From the NCBI RefSeq assembly GCF_009914755.1, contig NC_060934.1: a stretch of DNA of 64,000 nt; one strand, written 5' to 3'. Positions 1 to 13,819 of this stretch are shown in pieces. The stretch is from the human T2T-CHM13v2.0 reference genome, Homo sapiens. Under the pieces are notes generated by a model. The model did no database searches, was not told where the DNA came from, and worked only from the letters and a program-made list of their open reading frames with translations. Numbering within the stretch: position 1 is the stretch's first letter; each line of letters begins with the position of its first letter. The position numbers and the translations under genes were made by a program.

Positions 1-45
1 GACTTGGACCAAGGTGTTAGCACTGGAGGTGGTGAAAAGCGGTTT

Positions 46-413
46 GTCTTAGTCTGTTTAATGTTGCTATAAAGGAAGACCCAAGGCTGGGTAATTTATC
101 AAGAAAAGAATCTTATTTAGCTTGGCTCACAATCTACTAGGCATGTGGTGAAGCCTCAGGCTGCTTCCACTCACGGCATGGAAGGGGAGTGGGCATGTGC
201 AGAGATCACAGGGCGAGACAGGAAGCAGAGGGCAAGGGGGAGGCGCCAGGCTCTTTTTAACAACTGGCTCTCACTCATTACTATGAGAACAGGACCAACT
301 ATTCATGAGGGATCAGCCCTCATGACCCAAACACCTCCCATTAGGCCCACCTCCGACACCAGGTATCAAATTTCAACATAAGACTTGGGGGGAACAAATA
401 TCCAAGCTATAGC
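46..413. mobile_element. MST-type (MSTA/MSTB) ERVL-MaLR solo LTR
   Basis: TG...CA ends; tgtcttagtctg..gctataaagga..gctgggtaatttat; acacctcccattaggccccacctcc; acaaatatccaa motifs. Confidence 0.8.
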
Positions 414-428
414 ATGGTTCTAGGCTAG

Positions 429-432
<4 letters not shown>

Positions 433-480
<48 letters not shown>

Positions 481-485
481 CGCGC
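433..485. repeat. (TG)20(CG)6 compound microsatellite
   Basis: Read directly from the sequence. Confidence 0.95.
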
Positions 486-711
486 ATTTATTTCCATCCA
501 TCCATCCGTTTGTCCACCCATCCAGCTCTAACACACAATTTTAGGATTGTCTCTTGCATAATCATTACCCAATATACCCAGGTTATTTAGATCCCACATA
601 ATGAAGGGCAGGTCACCGGTGATTACATTCAAAACAAGACAAAGACTGCAGCATGATTAACTTTCACTTCCCTGAATACAGATGGATATTTAACAAAAGC
701 TGGCTCATGAT

Positions 712-1021
712 TTTTTCTTTTTCTTTCTTCTTCTTCTTCTTTTTTTTTTTTTTTTTGAGACAGAGTCTGTCTCTGTCACCTAGGCTGGAGTGCAGTGGCA
801 CGATCTCAGCTCACTGCAACCTCCGCCTCCCAGGATCAAGCTATTCTCATAGCTGAGATTACAGGTGTGTGCCACCACGCCTGGCTAACATTTGTATTTT
901 TAGTAGAGATGGGGTTTCACCATGTTGGCCAGACTGGTCTCGAACTCCTGGCCTCAAGTGATCCGCCTGCCTCAGGCTCCCAAAGTGCTGGGATTACCGG
1001 TGTGAGCCACGGCGCCTGGCC
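712..1021 (-). mobile_element. Alu (AluS-like) with an internal deletion and a (TTC)n/polyT tail
   Basis: Reverse Alu consensus. Confidence 0.92.
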
Positions 1022-1504
1022 ACGTGAGTTCTCAATGTTTTAAGTCAAACTCTCAAACATTAATAATTGCCTGCTATGTGTAAAAACAGCAACTGGGCCA
1101 TAACACTCTAAACAGGATTTTTTTTTCTTTCCTATACCTTAATGCTCAGCAAAGGATTTTAAAAATTAATACATTTTCAAATAAATTCTATACAGATTAG
1201 GACTCCTATTTTCTCCTTTTCCCATTTTCCTCACCCATATTCTGTTTTTGTAGATTTCATTTCTATATTACACTACGACATAAGGAATTCATGTTCGCTA
1301 AGGGAAAAAACTAGAAGTTATAGCAGTGGGTGGTCAAAAAGAAACTAAGAATCACTCATAATCTCTCTCCCTGACATTAATATTTTGGGATATCTATCTT
1401 TGCTAGGCATTCTTCCATCCATGTAAATAAAATGAACCCATCAATACTTTCACACTATATAATGAACATTTTTCCATGTCAATGAATACTTTCATATCAA
1501 TGTT

Positions 1505-1788
1505 CTTTTTTCTTAAGAGACCAGGTCTCACTCTGTTGCCCAGGCTGGAGTACAGTGTGCAATCACAGCTTGCTGCAGCCTCAAACTCCTGGGCTCAAGT
1601 GATCCTCCCACTTCAGCCTCTGGTGTAATTAGGACCAGGTGTGTGCCACAATGCCCAGCTAGTTTAAAAACTTTTTTGTAGAGATGGGATCTCACTGTGA
1701 GGCTAGTCTCAAGATCCTGGCTTCAAGCGATCCTCCTACCTTGGCCTCCCAAAGCACTGACATTACAGGTGTGAGCCACTGTGCCCAG
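1505..1788 (-). mobile_element. Alu (AluJ-like)
   Basis: Diverged reverse Alu consensus. Confidence 0.9.
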
Positions 1789-1852
1789 GACACGTCAGCA
1801 TTCTCAATCAGGACACAGAATTTCAATGTCTGGATATTGCCAGCTACAAGTG

Positions 1853-2061
1853 CCACACAGAATGAACTCTTACTTGGTTTGCTCTGGAGTCTGAGCTCAG
1901 AGATTTGCTTTCGTTGAAAGCTGACCTGTGGGCAGAAAAGGTGTCCCTGGCAGCTGGTTAGCTGTGCTTCCATTTTCCGTGGCCAGTGGTCCATGGGGGT
2001 GGGGGATGACTGACAGGGGGACCAGCTCCGGGGCTCTGCTGGCTTATCCTGGTGGTGGGAT
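1853..2061 (-). repeat. Left arm of a ~208-bp inverted repeat (copy of 3215..3421)
   Basis: About 95% identical to the reverse complement of 3215..3421; ORFs 1692..2087(-) and 3280..3489(+) share a peptide. Confidence 0.97.
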
Positions 2062-2760
2062 ATTGCTGCCATAGTGTATTTACCCACTCCCCTACTGTTG
2101 GATATTTAGGTTGTTTCTGACTTCTCACTACTATATATAGCACTGTCGTGAATCCCCTTGTTCACATGTCTACGCACACTTCCTTAATAACAATGCATTT
2201 CTTTTTACTTTTTATCTTGTTGTATTCTATGCATATTTATAAGTACCTTAAATCTTTTCCATAAGAAGAATGAGAATTCATAAATGGATAACTAACATGT
2301 CATTGGGGCCTCTGAGAAATGACTCCATAGGTTTCTGATGAAGAGGTACAGAGATGTCTGAGGAGAGAGGTGGGCCCAGCAACACGCGCCCAGGTATGGA
2401 ACGCTTTGTCCTTATCTCAACCACCTGTCTCCTGAAACAAGGTGACCCGCTATTCCACCACAAGTGGTGAGACCTCACCCAAGGTGCTATATCTCTCTGG
2501 GGCTTAAGGGAGTTAGGCTACCAAAACTTGACATTTTTTCCCCAGCTCTGACATGCATATGTTCTCCGACTCCTCCATCTCTTTCAGACCTAAGAGTCTG
2601 AGATTCTCACAGTGCAGAGGGAATGTGATGCTGTGGGGAGTGGGCAGGGGCAGGCAGGACTCATGCATTCATTCCTTTCCCCCAAGAACCGTTTCTGTAT
2701 GCCTTCTCCATGTCAGGCTCTGCCTTAGGTGCTAGAAATAAGTTAAACTGTAGCCTCATG

Positions 2761-3027
2761 GCCAGGCGCAGTAGCTCACGCCTATAATCCCAGCACTTTG
2801 GGAGGACAAGGCAGGAGGACTGCTTGAGGCTAGGAGTTCACAGACCAGCCTGCGAAACCCCATCTCTACTAAAAAAAAGTACAAAAATTAGGTGGGCATG
2901 GTGGTGCACATCTGTAGTCCCAGCTGAGGCAGGAGAATCGCTTGAACCTCGGAGGCGGAAGCTGCTGTGAGCCAAGATCGTGCCACTGCACTCCAGCCTG
3001 GGCAACAGAGCGAGACTCCGTCAAAAC

Positions 3028-3078
<51 letters not shown>

Positions 3079-3083
3079 ACACA
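2761..3083 (+). mobile_element. Alu with two small deletions and an (AC)n tail
   Basis: ggccaggcgcagtagctcacgcc start; the tail is replaced by an AC repeat at ~3029-3083. Confidence 0.92.
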
Positions 3084-3214
3084 TACCCTGCAGCCTTCAC
3101 ATCAAGGAGCCAGGCTTCACAACCTTCAACATGCATCTGCAGCTCTTGGCAAGTTCTGATTCAGCAGGTCTGGGCAGGACCTCAGGTGCTGAGCCCAGCC
3201 ACACCTGTCACCTA

Positions 3215-3421
3215 ATCCCACCACCAGGATAAACCAGCAGAGCCCCGGAGCTGCTCTCCGTCAGTCATCCCCCACCCCCATGGACCACTGGCCGCGGAAA
3301 ACGGAAGCACAGCTAACCAGCTGCCAGGGACACCTTTTCTGCCCACAGGTCAGCTTTCAACGAAAGCAAATCTCTGGGCTCAGACTCCAGAGCAAACCAA
3401 GTAAGAGTTCATTCTGTGTGG
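3215..3421 (+). repeat. Right arm (probable source) of the inverted repeat
   Basis: Aligned by eye to 1853..2061. Confidence 0.97.
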
Positions 3422-4100
3422 GGCTTGTACTTGCAAAGCTGCACAGTTCAGCATCTTGGCCCTCAATACGTCAGATCGGCGGGCGGTGAGAGACAGTTCA
3501 AATGTCACCCCTCCTAGAGGGCCAGGCAGGCTGCAAAGCGGGCTCTAACCTGGTCAGTACCCAATTTGCAGGGCTAGTTTCCACAGATAAAACAATCGGG
3601 GCTGAGCGGGGCTGTCTCCTGAACCTGCTGCCCCGCCCTCTGGGAGGAAGAAGGCTGGGCGCGGGGGCGGTGAGGCAGGAAGGCCCCGCCCAGCAGAGAG
3701 TTCTCCGGGACCACCTTTGCAGGCAGGAAGCAGATTCTCCTGTCACTCCAGCACGGGCCTGACTCAGGCTGGAGGAAAAGCAGGGCCCATCGCCAGAGTC
3801 CTGGCTGGAGTGAGAGGCATTTGGCTAATGGAGCCCCTCGCAACCACATCAGAACCTCGCAGTGTGTGGAGGCGGCCAGGCTGTTTATCTAAAGGGTGGA
3901 TCGTGTGAGAGATAGGGGACAGCTGGGCTCCACGCGCTGGCTCCAGCCAGAGAAAGCTGATTCGGCAGCTCTCCCAGGGCAGGGCTCCGCAGCAATCCAC
4001 GCAGGGGAGAGGGGAGGACGGGCGAGCCCAGCTGGGGCACATCTGTAACCCAAGAGGCCGGCTCCTCGCCCCTCCCAGAGGGTGGAGCTCCCAGAGACTC
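3230..4100. promoter_or_regulatory. Candidate GC/CpG-rich intronic enhancer
   Basis: Locally high CpG; GC boxes at ~3630, 3661 and 3684; AP-1 TGACTCA at 3760-3766; ETS CAGGAAG, GATA and SOX-like motifs. Confidence 0.45.
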
Positions 4101-4233
4101 AAGCTTTCAGGCCCCAATCCTCAAACCTTCATCCTTGTGCCCTTTCTATCTAGCTCAAGAAAAAAGGGTGCATTACTACAAAAAGCTGGTGGCTTTCCTG
4201 ACCCAGAAATTCCCCTTAAAAAGAGACAAGGAC

Positions 4234-4549
<316 letters not shown>

Positions 4550-4626
4550 AGGCCACCCAGTCTCTGTGGGGACCATGCAAGATTGCGGGAAACCTCAGAA
4601 TTCATTTGTTCATTCTACTTAGCTGA

Positions 4627-5325
<699 letters not shown>

Positions 5326-5329
5326 CATT

Positions 5330-6240
5330 TTCTTTATATTTATTCTCTTTGGGAGTTCACAGGGCTTCTTGAATCTGTAAGTTGATAATTTTCACAATAT
5401 TTGGAAAATTTGTGGCCATTTAAAAAAAAGTTTTGTTTCTACTCCATTATAATTTTCTTCTATTTCTGGGACTATTGTTACATGTAAGTCAGAAGACTGC
5501 ATATTGTACTACATGTTTCTGGGACTGTGCGTGTGTTTCTTCATTCTGTTTTCTCTGTTATACGGATTGGATCATTTCTAATGATCTATATTCAAGTTAA
5601 GTGATCCTTCTGCCATTTCCATACTAGCGGTTAAGCTCATCCAGTGAAATTTTCATTTCAATTATGGCACTTTTAAGTTTCAAAATTTCTATTTGACTCT
5701 ATTTTTTATAGTTTCCATTTCTCTACTATCTGCTTAATCATTAAATCCATATTTTCCTTTAGTTATTTAACTGTTTGAAAGTCGTTCAACATCTGGGCCA
5801 TCTCTGTGTTAGTTTCTAGTACTTTTTTACACCTATGGGTCATATTTTCTTATTTCTTTGACCACTTAGTAATGTTTCATTTTATACTTGTCATTGTGGC
5901 TAATATGCTGTAGAGACTCTGGATTCTGTTATTTTTCTCTGAAAAGTGTTGATTTTTGTTCTAGTAGCCAATTCAAGTAATGGTTAATCACCTCAAACTT
6001 ACGTAGGCAGAGTTTTATGCTTTCTTAGGGGGGATCTATGGAAAGTCCTAGGTATTTTCCAAGTACCTCTAACTTGATGTGACTCAACCTCCAAATTCTG
6101 TCTCCTCTGTGGATATTGTTAGGACTTATTCTTGGGTTTGATTAGGGTGAGTTTACAGTAGGCCTTACTTTAGGGTCTTACTTAGGTCCTTGCTGCTAAA
6201 GTGCCGCCCTTCCGGTGTCCCAGCTGGACGCCTGGAGTGT
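5330..6240 (-). mobile_element. Old L1M fragment
   Basis: T-rich; tttggaaaattt..ggccatt and ccagtgaaattttcatttca..ttatagtttccatttctct resemble reverse L1M. Confidence 0.6.
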
Positions 6241-6312
6241 TATGCAGATTTGATCATTTCTAATGATCTATATTCAAGTTAAGTGACTCTTCTACCATTT
6301 CCATACTAGTGG
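6238..6312 (+). repeat. 75-bp direct copy of 5556..5630
   Basis: Ungapped alignment with 7 mismatches. Confidence 0.95.
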
Positions 6313-7239
6313 CCCCCCAGATAGGCCTGAAGGAACAGCCAGGGAGAGAGCGAGAGGAGAGAGAGAGGACCTGTCCACCCTGGCAAGGAGTTGGGATGCT
6401 TTTAGCTGGGACATGGCTCATGCCACGCTGAGGAAGCACGGTGCTAGAACACACCCCAACTTTGACAGGGAGCCCATTCCAGGTTCTAAAGTTCCTTAAC
6501 AAGTCAAAGAAGTCTTCTTTGACCATTTTCTGGAAAACATGCAAGCCTTCACTACTTCAAGTCCCTTCCCAACCAGGCCTTTACCACATCAGCAGGTTTC
6601 AGGAGTGTCAGTCATGGTCTGTGATCCGAGTGGGAGCTGGGACACCCACATGGGTACAAGGGACTTAACTAGCAGCATTAAGTGGGTGTCAACCTGCTGA
6701 GTGGTATGAAAAGCCAGGCGATGGGAGTTTAGGAAAGGACAAGATCAGTGTGGCTGGAGTGAGCAAAAGGATGTCTCAGAAGAGACATCAGAGCCAGGCC
6801 TTGAATAGAGAGCTGGGAAATGGGAGGAAGGCCTTCCAGGGGGAGGAATGGCAGGGACTTATGCTCGGCAGTGGGCCTGTCAGGATTGCTACAGGAAGCA
6901 GTGGGATGGGAGTGATTTGCCTTGCTCACGGATTCCATGAAATGCTGCCGTATGTCAGAGAAAGTGCTGGGATCCGGGGTGGAGGCTCCTGATCATTTAT
7001 TCCAGCGACTTGAGGATGACCACACAGCTGGCACCAGGGCTGGATGAGGGCAGATGCCTGATGTGCCACTCTCAGGGGTAATTAGGGTGCCCTAAAGCAT
7101 CACCAGCAGTGTGACGAGATGGAGAAGTCATTTTCAGAACCCAGCTCAAGGACGGCACTACATGTGGCTGGAGTCTCTGGGATGGGGACTGGCAGGTGGG
7201 AGGTCTCAGATGCCTGCTCGATAATAACACACACTCACT

Positions 7240-7390
7240 AAGCTGCTGTCTACAGCATCTGGGTTGGGGAAAGCAGAGCCATTTCCATCCCTGGGCTCTA
7301 GGGGAGCATCTGTTTCCTTGCCTTTTTTAGCTTCAAGAGGCCACCTATATTATCTGGCTCATGGCCCCTTTCTCTGTCTTCAAATCATAA
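7240..7390. mobile_element. MLT1-type MaLR LTR fragment
   Basis: ggctctagggga..tctgtttccttgcctttt..agcttc..gaggccacc..ggctcatggcccc. Confidence 0.6.
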
Positions 7391-7396
7391 GTGTAT

Positions 7397-8227
<831 letters not shown>

Positions 8228-8379
8228 ATTAACACATTAAAACAAAACATAACCATTAAAAGATAAATATCTGTCCGTATACTATGAAGAGTCTCTTCCT
8301 GAATCACAGTGGTGCTTGCACAACATTTTAGAAAATGTGAAGAAAAATAAATCGTGAATAGCTAGGCAGCTCTGCATTC

Positions 8380-8530
8380 AAATCAGTTTCCTCATCTGTG
8401 AAATGGGAACAGGGACAAAACCTGACTGGTCAGGTGGGTGAGAGGATTAAATGAGATAATGTAGGTAAAGTGCTTGGCACAGAGCCTGGCACTGAGTAAG
8501 TGCTCCATACACACCGGCTATTCTTATCAC
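8380..8530 (+). mobile_element. MIR SINE (one of many, e.g. ~9770-9950, 34770-34950, 42600-42850, 52180-52380, 57480-57660, 58660-58880, 59050-59280)
   Basis: cagtttcctcatctgtgaaatggg..gaggattaaatgagataat..cagagcctggcac core. Confidence 0.75.
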
Positions 8531-9338
8531 CCCTGTCACCATTACTCTTGTTATGACACCAGGCTGCGTCCCTCATGCCAGGGAAAGTGCTTAGGAAACT
8601 ACAACCCTGAGGTCAGGGAGGCGGCAGGGAGACTGAGAGGGGTGGATGGGTCTGGGAGGCGTCTTGGCCTGGGCCAGCTTGGCTCTGGGCATCTAGAGGC
8701 CCCAGGGGAGCTGCCCAGCTGGCGTGCGTGGGCCAGGGTTGGGGAGGAGGCCTCTGGCTTTCCCAGCAGCTCATTCCGTGGGTGGGGGCTGGCCAGGACG
8801 TGACATTTAACATGCTAGGCCTGGGCGGATAGCCCGACACCTGCAGTGAGATATACACAGGGTGAATTAAGCAAAGATGTGCTGGAGGATGCAATCCCAG
8901 GGGAAATCCTCAAGCCACAGAAAGCCTCTCTCTGATGCCCAAAAGGTGCCCAAGTACCGATGCCTGTCCCCAAACCTACCCCAGTGGCCTCATTCCACAG
9001 ACCCCCACCTGCTGACCCATGGCCTTTGTGCAGGAGAGAAAGAGCACTAGGTTGGAGTCAACAGAGGAGGATTCCAGTTCTAGCCTGCAAGAAGTTGCTG
9101 GGCAACTGGGGCAAATGGCTTGGCCTCTCTGGGTAACCACAGCCTTATCTGTGAAATGCTGGACCTGCCTGTCTCCACACGTGTTGTGAGGATCCAAGGA
9201 GAAGATGCAAGCAAGTGCTGCCAAATGCCAGGAGTCATCATTCCCACATAACTTCTCTGAGCCTCAGTCTACTCATCTGTAAAATAGGACCATGCCTGTT
9301 TTTCCCCTCCATGGTGGCTGAAGTTAAAAAGGGAAAAT

Positions 9339-9634
9339 GGGCTGGGCGCAGTGACTCACGCCTGTAATCCCAGCACTTTGGAAAGCCGAGGCAGGAGGAT
9401 CACGAGGTCAGGAGATCGAGACCATCCTGGCTAACATGGTGAAACCCCGTCTCTACTAAAAATTAAAAAAAAAAATTAGCTGGGCACGGTGGCGGATGCC
9501 TGTAGTCCCAGCTACTCGGGAGGCTGAGGCAGGAAATGGCGTGAATCCGGGAGGCGGAGTTTGCAGTGAACCGAGATCGTGCCACTGCACTCCAGCCTGG
9601 GCGATAGAGCGAGACTCCGTCTCCAGAAAAAAAA
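9339..9634 (+). mobile_element. Alu (AluY-like)
   Basis: gatcacgaggtcaggagatcgagaccatcctggctaac diagnostic positions. Confidence 0.92.
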
Positions 9635-10247
9635 GGCGGGGGGAAATGAATAGGTAGAGCGCTTTAACACAGGCCAGGCACAGAGGAAACCCCCAGAAGG
9701 AGGCACCTCCCTTGGCACTGTTTTACCATTATTAGTGTTCTAGTCAGTAGTGGAATGCTTGAGGGCTGAAGTCAGAACTCCAGCTTATTCTTTCCTAGCT
9801 ACATGACCTTGGCCAAGTCACTTAATCTCTTTGTGACCCCATTTTCTCATCTGTAAAATGGGAGTAGAAACAGCGCCCCATGGCACTGTGCGGATGAAAT
9901 GAGAATACAGGTGAGCAGGTGTGCTGGCCTTACCGTGAGTGCTAGATGAATGGGGTCGCCAGTTTGAAGGTAAAGAGACTCCGGTGGTGTTTCCCTGATC
10001 TCTGATGCCCTCCTCCAGCCCTTTCTGCTTTCAGGGAGCTGCTCAGGGCCACCTGCCAAGCCCATCTAACCCTAACTTCCAACAGCTGTAAGGCCTTTTG
10101 GGTTTTTCACCTATAATTTCACACCCTTTCTCATCCTAAGGCTGTTGAGCTTTGTCCCAACACAGATAGCTCAGGTGACTTCAGCTCCCCTTGGCCAAGA
10201 GGGAAGAGCATGAGGCCAGGGCAGCAGAGCACCTGGGGAGCTAGTGA

Positions 10248-10635
<388 letters not shown>

Positions 10636-12504
10636 CTTCTTACTATGGATGGGAGCTACACCCCAGCATCCTCCTGATACCCCCGTGTGCCAGCCCCGGC
10701 TGCTTGTGAACTTCCCTCCCTTTGGTCCCTAGGAAGTGTGGGAGCTGGGGGAGCCTGGTGCTGGAGCAGGGAGGGTATACATGGGGCAGTGTGAGGGGCA
10801 GGGCTGCAGGGGTCATCTGAAACAGAGGAAGAACTCGGACTTCCTCCTCCAGGCAATAGGGAGCCCCTGAGGCTGCTGAGCAGCGAAGGAACACTGTGAA
10901 AGTGGAATTCTAGGAAGACACATCTGGCCAGTACAGAGGACGGAGAGTGGTGCAAGAAACATCTGTGTGTGAGACAGCCAGCCAGAGGAATCCTGGCACC
11001 AGCCCAGGGCGCCGGTGGTGACACTCCGCAGAGAAGGAAGTCTGCCCAGATTTGAGGTGTTTTCTGGCAGGTTCCTGGCTGTGGTCACTCTGTTTCCTCC
11101 TGGGGGTCTCTAGCCATCCCCTAGCCTTGCCAGAGACCACTCACAGGTTTTTGAAATTCTCCCCAAAGCTGCCTGACACTTTTCTCTCTCACACAAACTG
11201 CAAGGACTATCCAAAATAGGAGGAGGCCCTGAAGAAGGGGGAAGGGGAAGGAAGGCAAACGGCTTTAACCTTTTCCCGGCTGAACCACACCCCTAGCCCC
11301 AATTGTTCTTGATTCTTCTCATCCTCCAAATGGCCTAGAACTGTGGTACCCCAAGTGCCCTGGCCACTACGGGATCAAATTCAGACTGAAATCTGGGACA
11401 AAGAGAGCACTTTTTGGCAAAGATGAAGCCAAAACAGACCCTCAGCGGGCCTGGGCCCAGGCTGCTGCTCAAGGCAAGGAGATTCCAGAGCAGGCCCCCA
11501 GTGTGCAACCCTGATGGGCTTCCTGGAAAGGGAAGCCAAGTGGAACACTTCTAAATGACAGTCTAACATCCTTGCCTTTCTCCTTCCCTTCCCCAAGCAT
11601 CTCCATTCCCCACTTTTTTCTCTATTCCAAATGGGTCAAGGTGCCCATAGGTCTCAGAACCTTCTTCCTCCAAAGTCTTGTCAAAAGGAAAAGCGAAAGA
11701 GTAGGCTACTGCAGAAGGCTGGGGTCAAGCGGGCAGAGTTCAGCTCCTCCCTGTAGCCTTGCCTGGTTAATATGGAGCCCTGGGGCTGTGAACCAGCACC
11801 AGCCTCTTTGGCCTTCCCAGGAAATAAGAGTGGCTGGGCCATCCTAGAACTCAGGAGAGGGCAATGAAAGCATCCTTGAAGACACTGGAAGCCACCATCC
11901 AGGCCCTGTGTTGCTGAGTGGAACCCTCAAAGGTCAGGCAGGCGCAGCAAACTCCAGCCAGAAGCACTGCCTGCACCAGGTGACTTGGAGAGTCACCTCC
12001 CCACTGCCACCCCTTCCTCCTCTGTTAGAAATTTCCTGGCATGAGAAACCAAGATACATGTGAAACCTCTCTGCAGGTCCAGGCAAGGAGAGTGCTAAGT
12101 TTGAACCAGTCTCTAATGTTGCTGCAACTTGCTCCCCACTCTGCAGATTTCATCTTCGGCTTCACACCCTTTGTTGGCTCTCTGCTGCCTGTGGGACACA
12201 AGCCTATTCATGACCTCTGCTCAACTGACCTCTCTAGTCACACGCCCTGCCACCCTTGCTTGTCCGTCCCTGCACACTGCCTGGCCTGCCTGAGGTCTCC
12301 ACAGGTGTAACCTGCTGTTCCACAGCTCCCTCCTCCCCATCACTCCTGCAGATCGGTCACACTTCTAGAACTATGCTTACCATACTGGACTTAATGATTT
12401 GCTTGTGAAACTGTTTCCTTCCAAAAGCCTGTGAGCTTCTTGAAAGTCATGTCTGTGCCTTGATATTTCCACTGTCCATCATGGTATCCAACACATACCT
12501 GGAC

Positions 12505-12840
12505 CTATGACTAGAATACATTTCCCAGCCTCCCTTGCTGGGAGGTACAATCATGGAACTAAATCCTGACCAGTGGCACATGAGCAGGGTAATGTACCCT
12601 TCCCTTTGGCATAACCCACAGAATCTCCCTGCAGTCCTTCATATTCTCTCTTCCTTTGCCTGCTGGCTAGATGCAAAACTCCACGCAGGATGGGGTCACC
12701 AGCTGGGGGAGTCTGAGTTCCTGAATGACTGCCTGGAGCAGAGCCCTCTAGTGACTTGTTTAGGTCTGGGACCTGTGCAGAAAATAAATATGTTGAGTCA
12801 CTGAGTTTGTTATACAGCAGTTAGCCTGCCCTGACTCATA
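12505..12840. mobile_element. MLT1J-like MaLR LTR
   Basis: tacatttcccagcctcccttgc; ctgaatgactgc.tggagcagagcc; tttgttatacagcagttagcctgccctgact. Confidence 0.65.
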
Positions 12841-13479
12841 CAGAGGAGCTCAATCAAGGTCTATTGAAACAAACTAAAAGAGGGAAGGCAATAGAAAATG
12901 TAGATTCCTCCTGCGGTTCTATCCTTAGATCCAATCAAGTCAGGCATTACATTCCCTGCATGACTCAACTATTGCTGGAACTAAACCATCACTCCTCTCC
13001 CACAGCTGTATCTATCAAACCCACATGCACAGTGGTTAGAATGCCATGCTTTCCCCCGGAAGGACTGAGAAGGGTGGAGGACTTGCCAGATGGCCTCTGA
13101 AAGTCACTCTAGGTGAATGAGCCACACCTCAAGATCCTGGTTTCACAAGCTTGTAGAAAGCACACAGAGACACAAAGCTGAATTGCAGGGAGGAGCCTCC
13201 TCCTTGCCACAGGGACATCAGCATGCCTGACACATGACCCTCAAGCTCAGAGGAACCAACGATGGGAACCCACCGCCTCTCTGAAGCAGCCCACGCCATT
13301 CCTGGGCAGCCTCTGGGAAGTGCTGCAACAGGGCTCCTCACAAAGCCCAAGTTCACCAGATCAGATCCCCACCTGGTCACGAAGGGCTATGACCTAACAA
13401 GGGAAAGATCACACTGGGACCGAAAGAAGAATAAGAGAGGAATGGAGAAGAGGGACTTCAAACATATCCTCCCAATGTT

Positions 13480-13635
13480 CCACGCCGGTGCTACTCAAGG
13501 CAGACTGTGGCACTGACATCATCTCAGAGCTTGATGGAAAAGCACAATCTCAAACCCCAGGCGGACCTGCTGAATCAGAATCTTTTAGCAAGATTGCTAA
13601 GTAGTTCATGTGCACATGAAAATTTGAGAAGTCCT
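13480..13635. mobile_element. MER5-like hAT-Charlie MITE
   Basis: gtgctactcaa..gacctgctgaatcagaatct..aagattg..tgcacatgaaaatttgagaagt. Confidence 0.55.
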
Positions 13636-13819
13636 CATTGTTCTCTGCCATAAAGATTTCATCTAATCCTTAACAAGCAGATCCCAATAGTAAATCTAGC
13701 CCATAGGCAAAGATGGGCACACAAGAGGAGGAATGGGAGCTAAATAAAACTTGCCTTTAAAGCGGAGGAGGAGGACAGCAGGCCTCTCTCTCCCATTCCT
13801 TCATAACCAGCGGCAGCTC

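Larger units (their letters stand above)
1380..2200 (-). mobile_element. Old L1M (L1ME-like) fragments interrupted by an Alu and an inverted insertion
   Basis: ccatagtgtatttacccactcccctactgttggatatttaggttgtttc resembles the reverse L1M 3' end. Confidence 0.6.

Noticed and set aside
1692-3489. Two ORFs sharing MDHWPRK.EAQLTSCQGHLFCPQVSFQRK as a paralogous gene pair
   Set aside because: A by-product of the inverted duplication; there is no evidence of coding function.
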